A stretch of DNA of 59,505 nucleotides, the filler included, from Jimgerdemannia flammicorona (lineage: Eukaryota): assembly GCA_003990765.1 (NCBI GenBank). It is 2 parts of 2 records of this genome, joined end to end, with 100 filler letters (N's around TTAATTAATTAA, not from the genome) between each part and the next. Parts side by side here need not be neighbours in the genome. Positions count along the whole stretch, not along the records: positions 29,807 to 59,505 come from RBNJ01000475.1; 1 more part is not named here. One strand, given 5' to 3'. The first letter of the stretch is position 1. Each line of letters opens with the position of its first letter. Positions 39,801-51,802 of the stretch are shown one piece after another. The position numbers were made by a program, and so were the translations under genes. The notes under the pieces were generated by a model. That model searched no databases, was not told the origin of the DNA, and was given only the letters and a program-made list of their open reading frames with translations.

Positions 39801-40630
39801 ACAGCCTCAATCTTTATGGGGTCTGTGTGGATTCTGATCTGGTTGATGAGATGTCCTAGGTAGGCAATTTCTTGAGCTACAAACTTACATTTCTTGGGCT
39901 TGATGAAAAGACCATGCTCCTTGAGCTTCTTGAGAGCTAGCTGTATATGATTGATATGTTCCCATATAGTATTACTGAAGATGATCACATAATCAATATA
40001 GATAAAGAGCCATTTTCCAATCTCATTGCTGAAGACTCTGTTCATCATTTACTAGAAGCTTGCTGGGGTATTGCATATTTCGAATGGCATTTGCAGATAG
40101 ATATAGGTGGTATCAGATGTGATGAAGACTGATTTCTCACTGGCATCTTGAGTAAGACCAATCTGATAGAAGCCTGAGAACAGATCCAAGATGGTGTAGT
40201 ATTTGGCTTTACTTCCAAGAGTGGTAAGAATTTCTTGAATATTTGACAAGGGCTGTCTATCTTTCTTAGTAATAGTATTGAGCTTCCTATAGTCAATGTA
40301 GAGTCTTAGTGTAAACTCTCCAGGCTTGCTTCCTTTCTTTGGGGCAAGGACAATGGGTGAAGCCCAGGGACTGATAGCTTGCTTGATGATTCTAGCTTCT
40401 TCTATTTCCTTAAGTTCTGCTTGCAGCCATTCTCTGTAGGCAGGTGGTATAGGTCTGGCTTTCTGGTAGATGGGCTTGGTATCACCAGTATCAACTTCAT
40501 GATAGTACTTGGGTTCTTGATTGTAGATAACTCTGAAGTCTGTAATAAGTACTCCTTCATTTTGGTACAGGATCTTGAGAAGTTATTCTTCCAGAGAAAA
40601 GTTTTCTCTAATAGTATATGTGAGCTTATT

Positions 40631-41401
40631 CTATTCCTTGTCTTTCTTGTGTTCAAGTTTGATAATCTTGATGGCAGCATAGACTCCTCTTCTAGTGGAT
40701 CCAAAGTCTTGTTCTCCTCTCTTGGTCTTGATAAGTTCAATGACTTCAATGATCTTGGGTTTTTTGATTTTATGGATCAGCATCTGGCCAATCCTATCAT
40801 GCTTCTTGACTTCAAATAGAGTGGTGGGGTTGTGATTTCTGACTATAAGGAAGATCTCACCAGTGTAATTAGGGTCAATTACTCTTCCTTCAACTGAGAT
40901 TTCACTTTTGGCCAGACTGCTCCTGGTCTTGATAATTCTAGTATAGTTTTCTGGTAACTTGACTTCGATTTCAGTACCAAGTAGGGTAGTGGTCTGTGGT
41001 TTGAGGATAGTATCTTGAATGCTGGCAAGGTCCATTTCTATAGCTCCTTCAGTCTTGTATTCTGGGATCTTGGCTTTGGGGTGAAACTTCTTGACCTTAA
41101 GAGTAATGTCTGATTCTTGTTCCTCCTCATTATCACTATTAGCCTGAAGCTCTGGGGGCTGGTCATCTTCTTTGGCTTTCCTTTTTACTTCAGTAGCTTC
41201 TTGCTCATGTTTCTGTTGGTAGATTTTCCTGACTTTACTAATACAGGACCAGCAGTCATTCAGGTGTTCAGAGCAGTACATCCTAGTACCATGGGGGCAT
41301 CTTTCTTGAGAGGCATAGCCATCAATGATCTTATTGTACCACTGCTCATCTGTGAGCTTGGGTGTCTTGTTCTTGTTCTTATTCTTATTCACTAAGTACA
41401 T
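40631..41401 (-). pseudogene. A2 Cys/His module plus dUTPase (continuous 256-aa frame)
   Basis: RCPHGTRMYCSEHLNDCWSC followed by MDLAS, RSSLA, VIDPNYTG and RGEQDFGST. Confidence 0.9.
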
Positions 41402-42862
41402 GAAGACCTCTGTATTCTCTTCATCTCCTTCCTCTATATCTAGTAGAACTCCTTTGTGGACATTGATAGAGACTCATACCTTTCTTCCTCTATAGTTGAT
41501 CTGCATCTTCTGGGCATTGAGGTCAATGATGGCCTTGGCCTTGTAAAGCTATTGGTTGCTAATGAGGATATCATAGTTGGTGGCACTTGTAACAATCACA
41601 TCTACTGGGATAGTAGCTCCTCCTATCTTGATGGGGACTTCTTGGATTTTGCTAAAGGGGGTAGCTTGTGTACCATCTACTATAACATAGACTATCTTGG
41701 TGGACTCTTCAATGTCCCAGCCTAGGTGGTCAATTGCCTTCTTGCTCATGAGGCATCCTCCAGCACTAGTATCAATGATGGCATCAAAGATATAGTCTTC
41801 AATCTGACATGGGATATAGGCTGATGTCTTGCACTAGTCTTCAGATTCTTCACCTGAGTTTTTAGATTCTTTCTGTGCATTGTGAGCTTCTACAATCTTG
41901 TACTCTTAATTCTTGGCAGTAGTTGCAAGTCCTACTCTCAACTGCTATCTGAAGGCAGAGACTTTAGCTAGCTATCCAAAAGTAGTATTGATCTTCTGTT
42001 CCTTGAGGTCCTTGTAGATATCATACTGATGGATCTTGGTCTTGCACAGCTTCTATTTCTTCTTACTTTCACTTTCTCCTGAGACTGGAGTAGTACCTTC
42101 AATGATTTGACAGGCAGCTTCATCTAACTCCATATTTTGATCAATCTCCTTGGGTTGAGTCTTACTTTGAATAGTGACAGCTGGGGTTTTCTTTGGTCTT
42201 CCAACTGGCTTATTGTTGCTCTTCTTGTCATAGGGCTTGGACTGGGTTTTGGTATCTTTAATAGTAGGGTAGAATTTAAGCTCCTTGTAGTATTCTTCAT
42301 CATCAGTATCACCAATCTCCTCAATGACTACTGTATTGGTTTGTTCTCTGATTCTGCTAGTATTGCTTGGTTGGACTTTATGTCTTGTTTAAGTCATGCA
42401 ATTCTTTGCATAGTGGCCTTTTTCTCTATATCTGAAGTATATAATATTGTATTCTTCTGTAGTAGCTGCAAATCTCTACACTAGTCTCCTGTTGGTACTT
42501 TGGACTTCTCTAACAATATCTCCAAGGTGTGCAGTTATCTTGGCAAACTGCTTGGTAAGTTCCTCCACTGGGTTAGCTTTGGCTGCCTTAGGGGTAGGTG
42601 GGGTTGGTTGTCTATTTACAACTATGGCGGATATGATATTAGTTGGCTTTGATGACTCTATCTTGATGTCAGTTATTTTCTCCATTGAGTGTTCAGCAGA
42701 GTGTCTGGCAGTCCAACATCTCTGTGCAAAGACCACTTTCTGATCAAGGGTCAGTACAGCTGGGGTAGATCAGATTACTAGGGCAATTTTAGAGTGAACT
42801 CCTTTGAGGAAGATTGAATCTGCTATTTGTTCCTTGAGGGTATCATCATAGCTAGTTAAGAC

Positions 42863-43286
42863 TAGTGCTCCCAAACGAGTCGAATCAATTCGAATTGAAT
42901 CGAATTGAGGGTTAAACAAGTCAAATCGAATTGGGGATTTTTCAATTTGAATCAATTTAAATTGAATCAAAAGTTGAATTGAATTGAGGGTCTGATTCGA
43001 ACCCTAATTTTCAAAATGCAATAACTCAGCGTAAACTCATCCAAATCTAACGTACTTTAGCTTGTTAGAATTACATTAATATGGTAAATCTAACAAGCTA
43101 AAATATGTTAAATTTGGATGAGTTTTCGTCAAGTTATTACATTTTGAAAATTAAGGTTTGAATCAAACTTCAAATTGAATTGGACCTTTGATTCAATTCA
43201 AATCGAATTGAATTGGACCCTTGATTCAATTGAATCGAATCGAGTTTGGGCCAAATTCGATTCGATTCGATTCATTGGGAGTACTA
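42863..43286. mobile_element. hAT-type MITE copy 1 (424 bp)
   Basis: TIR TAGTGCTCCCAA/TTGGGAGTACTA, 8-bp TSD GTTAAGAC, empty site in A1 (~21550). Confidence 0.93.
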
Positions 43287-43516
43287 GTTAAGACAATCTG
43301 ATAGCAGATTCAGATATAGAATGAGTTGGGATCTTTACTAAGTTCCTGGCAAATAGTATTGAGTTGATCCTTGAGAGCTTACTTGATCTCTTCAGTATAG
43401 TATGTTGTTCTGAGGAAGGCCTTCATGTTGGCAAGTTTGGCTGTACTATTATCAGCAATAGTGGCTGCATTGAACTTATCTCTGACAGGTCTTCTGAGGC
43501 TGACTGGTAGAAGAGC

Positions 43517-43869
43517 TAGTGCTCTTAAACGAGTTGAATCAATTCGAATCGAATCGAATTAAGGGTTAAACGAGTTGAATCAAATTGGGGATTTTTCAAT
43601 TTGAATCAATTTGAATTGAATCAAAAGTTGAATTGAATTGAGGGTCTGATTCGAACCCTAATTTTCAAAATGCAATAACTCATCCAAATCTAACGTACTT
43701 TAGCTTATTAGAATCACATTAATACGGTGAATCTAACAAGCTAAAATATATTAAATTTGGATGAGGTTTCACTGAGTTATTACATTTTGAAAATTAAGGT
43801 TCGAATCAAACTTCGAATTGAATTGAGTTTGGGCCAAATTCAATTTGATTTGATTCATTGGGAGTACTA
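43517..43869. mobile_element. hAT-type MITE copy 2 (353 bp, internal deletions)
   Basis: Same TIR, 8-bp TSD AGAAGAGC, empty site in A1 (~21772). Confidence 0.92.
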
Positions 43870-44114
43870 AGAAGAGCCAATTATGCATCCACACCAAGGG
43901 CTCATATGACAGCAAATTATTCAAAGTCTTCAATGAAGGTCAGAATTGACTCTTCAGTTATATATCCATAGAATGTATGGGGGATGCATTTCTATCTTAT
44001 CTTGAATTCTTACAGGGGTGACTCTTGTAGTCAAGGTAGTTGTTGTGGGGTTATTCATTTTTTAGCTTGAAAGTGAGGGATTCATCTTAAATCACCAGCC
44101 AATGGGTACCAAGT

Positions 44115-45663
44115 TATCACATAGTGGTCACTGAGTCCTTTAAATATACCAGATTCTCTTCAAGATATATCTCTTAGACTAACTTAAGTTTGTTATAAGT
44201 AAGTTCTTATTAGAGTGCCTTTCTAAGGTCTTATAGTTCTTAAACTTCTTATCTTTAAACTGTCTTGTTATCTCTTAGATTGCTTGCAAGAAAGTGTGTG
44301 TATTATACTGAGAGGAACTGACTTTATTTCAGAGGAAATAAGAGAGATATTTATACAAAATATAATTCAATGGTTGCTAAGATATAAAGCTAAATATAAA
44401 TTCCAATAACTAAAATAAAATGCCAGAACAGGAAAAACTGCTAAGTTCCAGGGTCAGCACTGATGGTTGTATAGGTTCAGAATACTGGTATAATTCAGTA
44501 TCATATCAGAATACTAGTGCTGGTATTATTCAGTATTACATCAAAATGCCAGTGCTAGAACAATTCCATGTCACCTCAGAATGCCAGTGCTGGTATTATT
44601 CAGTATAACCAAGGGACTTAGAACAGAATGTTTAAGACCATAAGAACTTTATTATTAGAGATCAGAATGTTTTTGAAGGAGATAAGATCTGTGAATTCAT
44701 CATTGTTGTACGTTTCACATATGTTGCACAGGATGACATCATCACCAATGATGTCATCATATTTGGTGGTAGAGAAATTGGGGGCTCTTCAATCTATGAG
44801 GTTCTCTTTCACAAAATAAAGAATAAATGTGAGATCTTGGGGAGATCTAACCTAGATGCTTGGACCTTAGAATACTGAGATCAATTCTTACTGGAATTGA
44901 TCTGAGTTGTCCTGGAGAATGAGATGCCAGAAGTCTTCTACTTCATCACTATTGAGGATAATAGTGGACTGGACTTCTGTGGCCATCCTGACTTCTAGTA
45001 CATTGATATGGCAGAATGACAGATCTCTGAAATCTGAGACTCTAACATACTCCAAGTTGGAGATTGACCATAGTACATGTCTGAAGATCTGATGGATCTT
45101 CTTAGCTGTCTTTGTTTCATATATATTTATGAGAGTGGCATCTTGTAGCTCTTGAGAGCTGGTCTGTGGAAACTCCTAGCAGAGAATATTTCCTATTTCA
45201 TACTCCTACCACATTTGGAGGTATTTGGTAGCAATAGTGATCCTTATTTCCATTTCACAGCAGTAGAGGATATAGTGATAAGGGTTACCAGTACCCAGGT
45301 TGATACTAGGAGTTCTTCTTGAGTAGGTCCTTATAGCTCTTCTGATGTCTTGGAACATCCTCTCTTCAACTGAGATACCTTAGTGATTCCTTGATCTTGA
45401 GGTTTGGCAAGCAGTAGGTATTTTGTTTATAGTAAGTCTTTGAGCTATTTTGGAATTTGGTGGGTCTTATTGGTTGTTGCTACTGTGGTTCCTTGATTCT
45501 TCTTTTATATTTCTCAAGATACTATACTGTGGTCACAATGACTCACAGTTGGTCATCATTGCTCATCTTATATACTGTATAATCTTCTTGTACTCCAATC
45601 TGATGGCTTGCAAGGAAAGACTGTCTTCTATGCTGATGTCATTATTCTGGGGTCACTATTATA
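44115..45663 (-). repeat. 5' LTR of A2
   Basis: Decayed TG...CA termini; shares a ~22-bp insertion (TAAAATGCCAG...) with the 30167 LTR that the A1 LTRs lack. Confidence 0.9.
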
Positions 45664-45894
45664 ATATATAAATATAGAAAATTATTAATTTTTTATTAAA
45701 ATATAAATAAATAAATATAATTTTCTCTCCCATATTAAATATTATTATAATATTATTATATTAAGTAAAATTAATTATAAGTATTATTAAAATAAATATT
45801 ACATACTAAAAATATTTAAAATAAAAAAATAATTTTATTTATAAGAATAATAATAGTAATAGTAATAATAGTAATAATAATATATTATTAATAT

Positions 45895-48800
45895 TGTAAT
45901 GGTTCTAGTTTCTTTAAGAGGAAGTGGCTAAATTTGAAAGTTCTAGTTGGCCTAAAGTAGCTTAAAGAGATACTTAAAGGTTTAAGTATTCTCAAAGAAT
46001 TTCTGGGAGAAAATATTCTGAACTTTATTCAGGTAGAGAACAAGAATATTTATATATAATCTGAAAGAAAGATCTGAAAGGATCTTGGAAAGAAAGAGAA
46101 ATGCCAAGAAATAGATTCTCAGCAAAGCTGACTAATACTATTCTATAATATTCCAAAAGGTTCTATGATTAGCTGAGATAAGATACTTGGTGCCAAGGAA
46201 AGACAAAAATGTTCTAGTAGTGTCTGGATGCTAAGAGAAGGTTTCTAAGCAAGTAGAAGGTACTAGAACATAATAGAATATTCAAGAAATGACAAGAAAA
46301 GACTGACTAAAAGGTGCAAAAAATATACTAAAACTAAATATGACTGTAAAATTATTACATCCCTCCTTTCTTAAGAACTAATGTCCTCATTGAGTTCTTA
46401 GGTAACACAAGACTAGATATACTTAACCAAAATTTCTCAAACTTGAATTAGTACATTGGCAGAGATTGGCTATCCTTGTATAGAGCAGAGGGCCTATTAC
46501 TAGACTAACTAACTGGGAGAGATTCAAATCTAACTAGTAGCTTTATTTCAGTAGACTTCTTGTTCATTAAATATTCTGCTGGTTCCAGGGTCCCAAAGTA
46601 AACTTCCAATATATAAGGCACTGGTCATTGCTATAGATTGTTAACAATCCAAGAAAGTCACTATAGAGATTGGGTAATGTATTTTGCCTCAAAGTCTTGA
46701 ACTAGATCTTGAGAGTTCTTGAGGTTGATCAGTGGTTCCCAGGTAGCATAATATTCAGGATATCCCATCTACTTGACTAGGTATTCAGGATAGTGATAGC
46801 AGATTCATTTGTCAAGAATTTTCTCAGCTTTATACTCAATATGGTCTTCAATAATCACAGAGGTAGAAGGCTTAGAAATTTGACCAGAGTAGAGTGATAA
46901 CTGGTTCCAGGTCTTGAGGTGTGATATATGAAAGACTGGGTGTACTCTCATAATTTCAGATAGCTTGAGACAGTAGGAGAATACAGAGACTTGTTCAGTA
47001 ATCTCGAAAGATCTGATATACTTGGATTGGAACTTGTTCAAAGGGTGGTTGACTTGAGATTGTATCTTGAGATTCTTGGTAGACAGTAGGACTTAATCTC
47101 TAATAGTATAAGTGATATTATGGCATTTCTTATCAGTATACTTAGCTTGATGCTGTTGAGCCTTCTGAAGGTTTATGGTAGCAATCTTAAGTAATTCATC
47201 CATTTTGTCTATAAGGTTCTTAGTGGTTGGGACTTGTATTTAATTGATTTTCTTGAAAGAGAATAGACTTGCAGAGGTCTCAGGATCTTGACCATGGAGT
47301 AATCAGAAAGGGAAAAGACCAGTAGATTATTGGACAGTATTGTTGTATATAAACTCTGCATAAGTCAGATAGATGTCTCAATCATCTTGCTTATAAGAAA
47401 TATAGTTTCTAAGTATTTATTCTAGAGTTCTGTTCATGTACTCAATTTGTCTATTGGTTTGTGGATGAAAGGCAGTAGACATAGCCAATTGGGTTTCCAG
47501 AGTCTTAAAGAGGGTTTACCAGAAGTGGCTGGTGAACTTGGGGTCATGATCACTAACAATTACTCATAGTAGACCATAGTGATGAAAGATGGACTTGAAG
47601 AAGATTCTTGCAATCTTGGGTGCAATAGCATTGGTAGTAGTTGGTTCAGCAACTATAGTCTTGATCAAGTGGTCAATGAATATAACAATAGTATCAGTAC
47701 CAGATTGAGTTCATAGTAGTTAAGTTATAAAGTCTATGATAACTTACTTGAACTTCTTGGTAGAAATTAGCAGTAGTTGTAGCAAACCAGTGGGTACTTG
47801 GTTGGTAGACTTATTGTGCTGACATAGATCATAGCTAGCAATATAGTTCTTGATTTCCTTGACTATGTTTGGCCAATAGTAGTGGTATTAGATGTTCTTG
47901 ATAGTCTTCTCAATTCTCAGATGACCAGCAAGAGAGAAGTTATGGTGTTCTTGCAAAATCTTATAGTGTAGATTTATGTTTTCAGGTAGGTAGACTTGGT
48001 CTTGATAATAGATCAGATTATTCTTGACAGTATATATATCCTTGAGTTCATTTGAGAAAACTCTAGAGGCAACTGTGTCTTCTTTATTAGCTTGCCTGAT
48101 TTGGTCTAAGAATTCTGATATCAAAGTGACTTGCATGATTGTAGCAAGATCTGGATACCTTGATAAGGCATCTAGTACTACAAGTATCTTGCCAGACTTG
48201 TAGATGATTGTCAGATTGAAGGTTTGAAGCTTGAGGCTCTATTTGGCTTATAGATATAACAGAGTAGATTGGGTGTTGATGTACTTGAGAGATTGATAAT
48301 CAGTAATGACATCAAACTCAACACCTTTTAGATAGCATTACTAGTGATCTAGTATATATATTATTGCTAGTAGTTCCTTCTTATGAGTAGCTAGCTTTTG
48401 TTCAGCTGAGACTAGCTTGTGGGACTCAAAAGCAATAGAGTGATATCCTTTGCTATCATTTTATAACAGAACTACTCCAATGGCAAAATTTGACATATCA
48501 GTAGTGACTATGAATTTTAGGTCTTGATCTGCATTATGCAGAACTGGGGCATGGGTCAGACAGTTCTTGAGTTCTTGAAAGATTTGTTGACAGAAGAGAT
48601 CCCAGGTATAGGATACATAGTGGTCTGAGTGTGGGGCCTTCCTCATGAGGTTAGTCAGTGGCTCAGCAATGCCAGAGAAGTTTCTGATAAAGTGGCAGTA
48701 ATAGTCAGCTAGACCAAGGAAGGATCAGAGTTCTGTAAGATTTAACAGAATGGGCTATTCTTCAATTGCTTCTATCTTATATAGGTCTATTTGAATTCCT

Positions 48801-49730
48801 TATATAGAGACAATATGGTCAAGGTATTCAACTTATTCCTTGAAGAATTCACACTTCTTGAGCTTAGCATAAAGCTTATATTTTCTCAGAATCTCTAGGA
48901 CTATTTGAATATGTTTGAGGTATTCTTCTTTAGTTGCACTAAAGATCAGGATGTCATCAAGATATATCAATAAAAAAATAAATAGTTGGTTTTTGAATAT
49001 CTTATTCATCAGAGTCTGAAATGTGGCAGGTGTATTAGTGAGACCAAATACTAAGACTAGAAATTCATAGAGTCTAAAGGGGGTCATAAATATAGTCTTG
49101 GGAATGTCTTCTGGCTTGATTCAGATCTGGTGGTATCCTGATATGAGATCTAACTTAGTGAAGTACTTGGCATTCTTGAGAGTATCAAATATTTGATCAA
49201 TTAAGAGTAATGGATAGTGATTCTTGACAGTGAGTTTGTTGAGTATATGGTAGTCTATATATATTTACAGGATATCATCCTTCTTCTTGATGAATAAGAC
49301 TGGTGAGCCATAAGGAGATTTGCTTGACTGGATGGCTCTTTGTGTAAGTAGTTTTTCTAGTTCCTTCTTGACTGTTTCAATTTCAAGTAATGATATATAG
49401 TATATATATTTCTTGGATGGTATAGCTTCTGGGGTCAGTTCAATTTTATGATCAACTTCTCATATAGGTGGTAGACCAGGTAGCTTATCTGAAAAGACAT
49501 CCTTGAATTCCTCTAGCAATAGTTTGATGCTTTTATTGACTAATAGTCTCTTGTCTTATTTCTTAGGGCAGATCATTACAATAAAGGTATATGTTGTCTT
49601 CTTGAGTGCTTTCTTATACTATATAGCTAACAGTGTTGCAATCTGAGTCTTACTCATGATCTTATTTGTCTTAATTATAATATTGACTCCATCTTGAAGT
49701 AGAGTGACTTCATTCTTACATCAATCAATA
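45895..49730 (-). mobile_element. Chromovirus (Ty3/Gypsy) family C, 3' part: RT-RH-IN-chromodomain and 3' LTR; interrupted by family B
   Basis: LTR 45895-46359 (TGTAAT...ATTACA) plus PPT. YLDDILIFS at ~48950; HPVFHISHLK; chromodomain remnant EYKAEKILD..EYLVK..GY..ATWEP at ~46710-46850. Confidence 0.9.
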
Positions 49731-51802
49731 TGTAAGAGGGTTGCCTTTTTAGAATAACTGTTACATAGTTCTGAAAGGGTTTTCTGGAAGTTCTGAATAT
49801 TCTGAAAGACTGTTTTCTTAAGGTCAAGATCAATTTCATATGGAGTATGTCCTCTATGCTTATTGATTTTAAGATCAGATTGATATCTCAACCAAAGTTC
49901 TTTTTCAGACTAATTCTAGATGTTCAGGATTTTCTGTATTTCAGGAAGTTTAAGAAACTAAGACTAGCTTAGTTGAATTGGCATATTACTATAGACAATA
50001 CCTAATTAGGAAATTTTGTAACAGGGTTAGAAGTGAGACTTAACAGGGAGCAGATTTACTTAAGAGTAGTTTGTGGGTTATTAAATAGATTTATTTGCTA
50101 TTCATAATATTACTATACTAAGAGTAGTTGTATAAAGAGATATTGTGGGGAAGTGCTCAGGAGTTGTATTCAGATTGTTCAGGTCTGTTTGAGTCTGAGA
50201 TTCTGAGGTCTGGGAGAGAGGGTATTTATACTAGTGAGGGGCTATCTAGACTATGCTAGATATGGATGTAGCACTTAGTACCTTACTGAGTCAGAATACA
50301 GTTATGTAATATAAGTGTGATCTGATATATCAAGAGATTTTCTGACTGCTGAGTCAGTTCACAGTCATATTGTACAAGGCTAATCTAACTATACTATGAC
50401 TGCTTATTTATAGGTTTAGACATTGTCTGGATAGTCTTTGATAACATCACTATTGATAACATCATCTCTGATAAAGTAGTCATCTAGGAAGAGTAGTTTA
50501 TGGATTACTTCTCCTTGTTCACTGAGGTAATAATATATTGAGACTTCATCACTGTCCCACAAGATAGCATCATCTGTCTCATATACTGGATAAGGCATTG
50601 GTGGATAAAGGAGGAGTACATTGTCTTCACTTTTATCAGATTCACTGTCTGCATATCTTCTATAAGTTACAGCACTATAAGTTGTGGAGTTGTAATAAGC
50701 TGGTAGCTATAGTTCATATCACTTGTACTCAGGTGGTGAAGTGGTTGGTTCAATCTCAAAGATTGTCTGAAGATACAGGTTGTATTCTCTGGTCTCTTCA
50801 TTGTAGTTGAAGTAATCAGGTGTGAACACCAGTTGATATTCATACTAGTGGTCATTGTCCCAATAGATCTTGTAGGTGGTTATGAACTATTTTAAGTTTA
50901 TTGACAAGGTTGGCAGAGTGATCAGGGTTGGCAGAGATTCTTGGCTAGAGGTTATGTCAGCATCAGAGAGATCATTGTCTTCTGCTTTGTCTTCATCAAA
51001 CTAAATTATATTATAGATATCCTTCATGGCATATCCAACTTGGGGCATTTGTAAAATATGATTATCAAAGTGTGGGAAGGTTCTGTCTGTAGTCTGGATA
51101 TATTCAAGGTACTTATAGTTTAGTTCTTGTATCATATCATCGATTTGACCATAGGATAGGGTAGTAACCATTTTAGCAGTAGTAACTCAGAGACAGAGAA
51201 TAAAGGTGCTGTACTTGTAGAAGAGTTCTTGGTGTTTGCAAGCAATAAGTTTCTGGTGTTGAGATATCTGGATAATATCTATATTATGGTAGTATTTGAC
51301 TATGTCTTCGAAGAGGCAGTCAATCTGGTAGTAGTTTAAGATTTGTCCAATTTAGTGGGCCTCACTAAGCATGTTCAGGGCATTCCATCAGGCTTCCATG
51401 AAGTAAAAGAGTACTAGACTATAGATATTCATAAGGGGCAGAGAGAGTGTAGCTCGGTTGACAATAGCATTTCAAATATCAGTGCAGATGCAGTTGTAGA
51501 TCTCAGTGGTTATATTTGTATATATTTAGAAGTTATAGTGTTGTTTGTTTTGGTTCTCTGTTTCGATGTATCTTAGTGCTCAGTATATATGCATTTGGTC
51601 CTGATTGGTAAGATTCTGTTTGTATAGATCTTGTGTTCTGTGACTTCATATTGACTCAGCTTTGTATGCTGTGACTTCAGTTTGACTCAGCTTCATGATT
51701 GAGCAGGTAATTTCCAGATTTGTTTGGAGGTTGTATGTGATTTCAGTGGCTTGTTCAGAGGGTGATGTGTGATTTCAGTGGCTTGGAGGTTGTGCACTTA
51801 CA
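49731..51802 (-). repeat. 3' LTR of B (~2.07 kb)
   Basis: TGTAAG...CTTACA followed by ACTCTCCCCTTCTT (PPT complement). Confidence 0.92.

Larger units (their letters stand above)
30167..45663 (-). mobile_element. Ty3/Gypsy family A, copy A2 (complete LTR to LTR, degenerate)
   Basis: 3' LTR 30167-37608 (split by LINE-3), 5' LTR 44115-45663, flanked by ATAT(AT) on both sides; same domain order as A1; carries two MITEs in gag. Confidence 0.93.
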
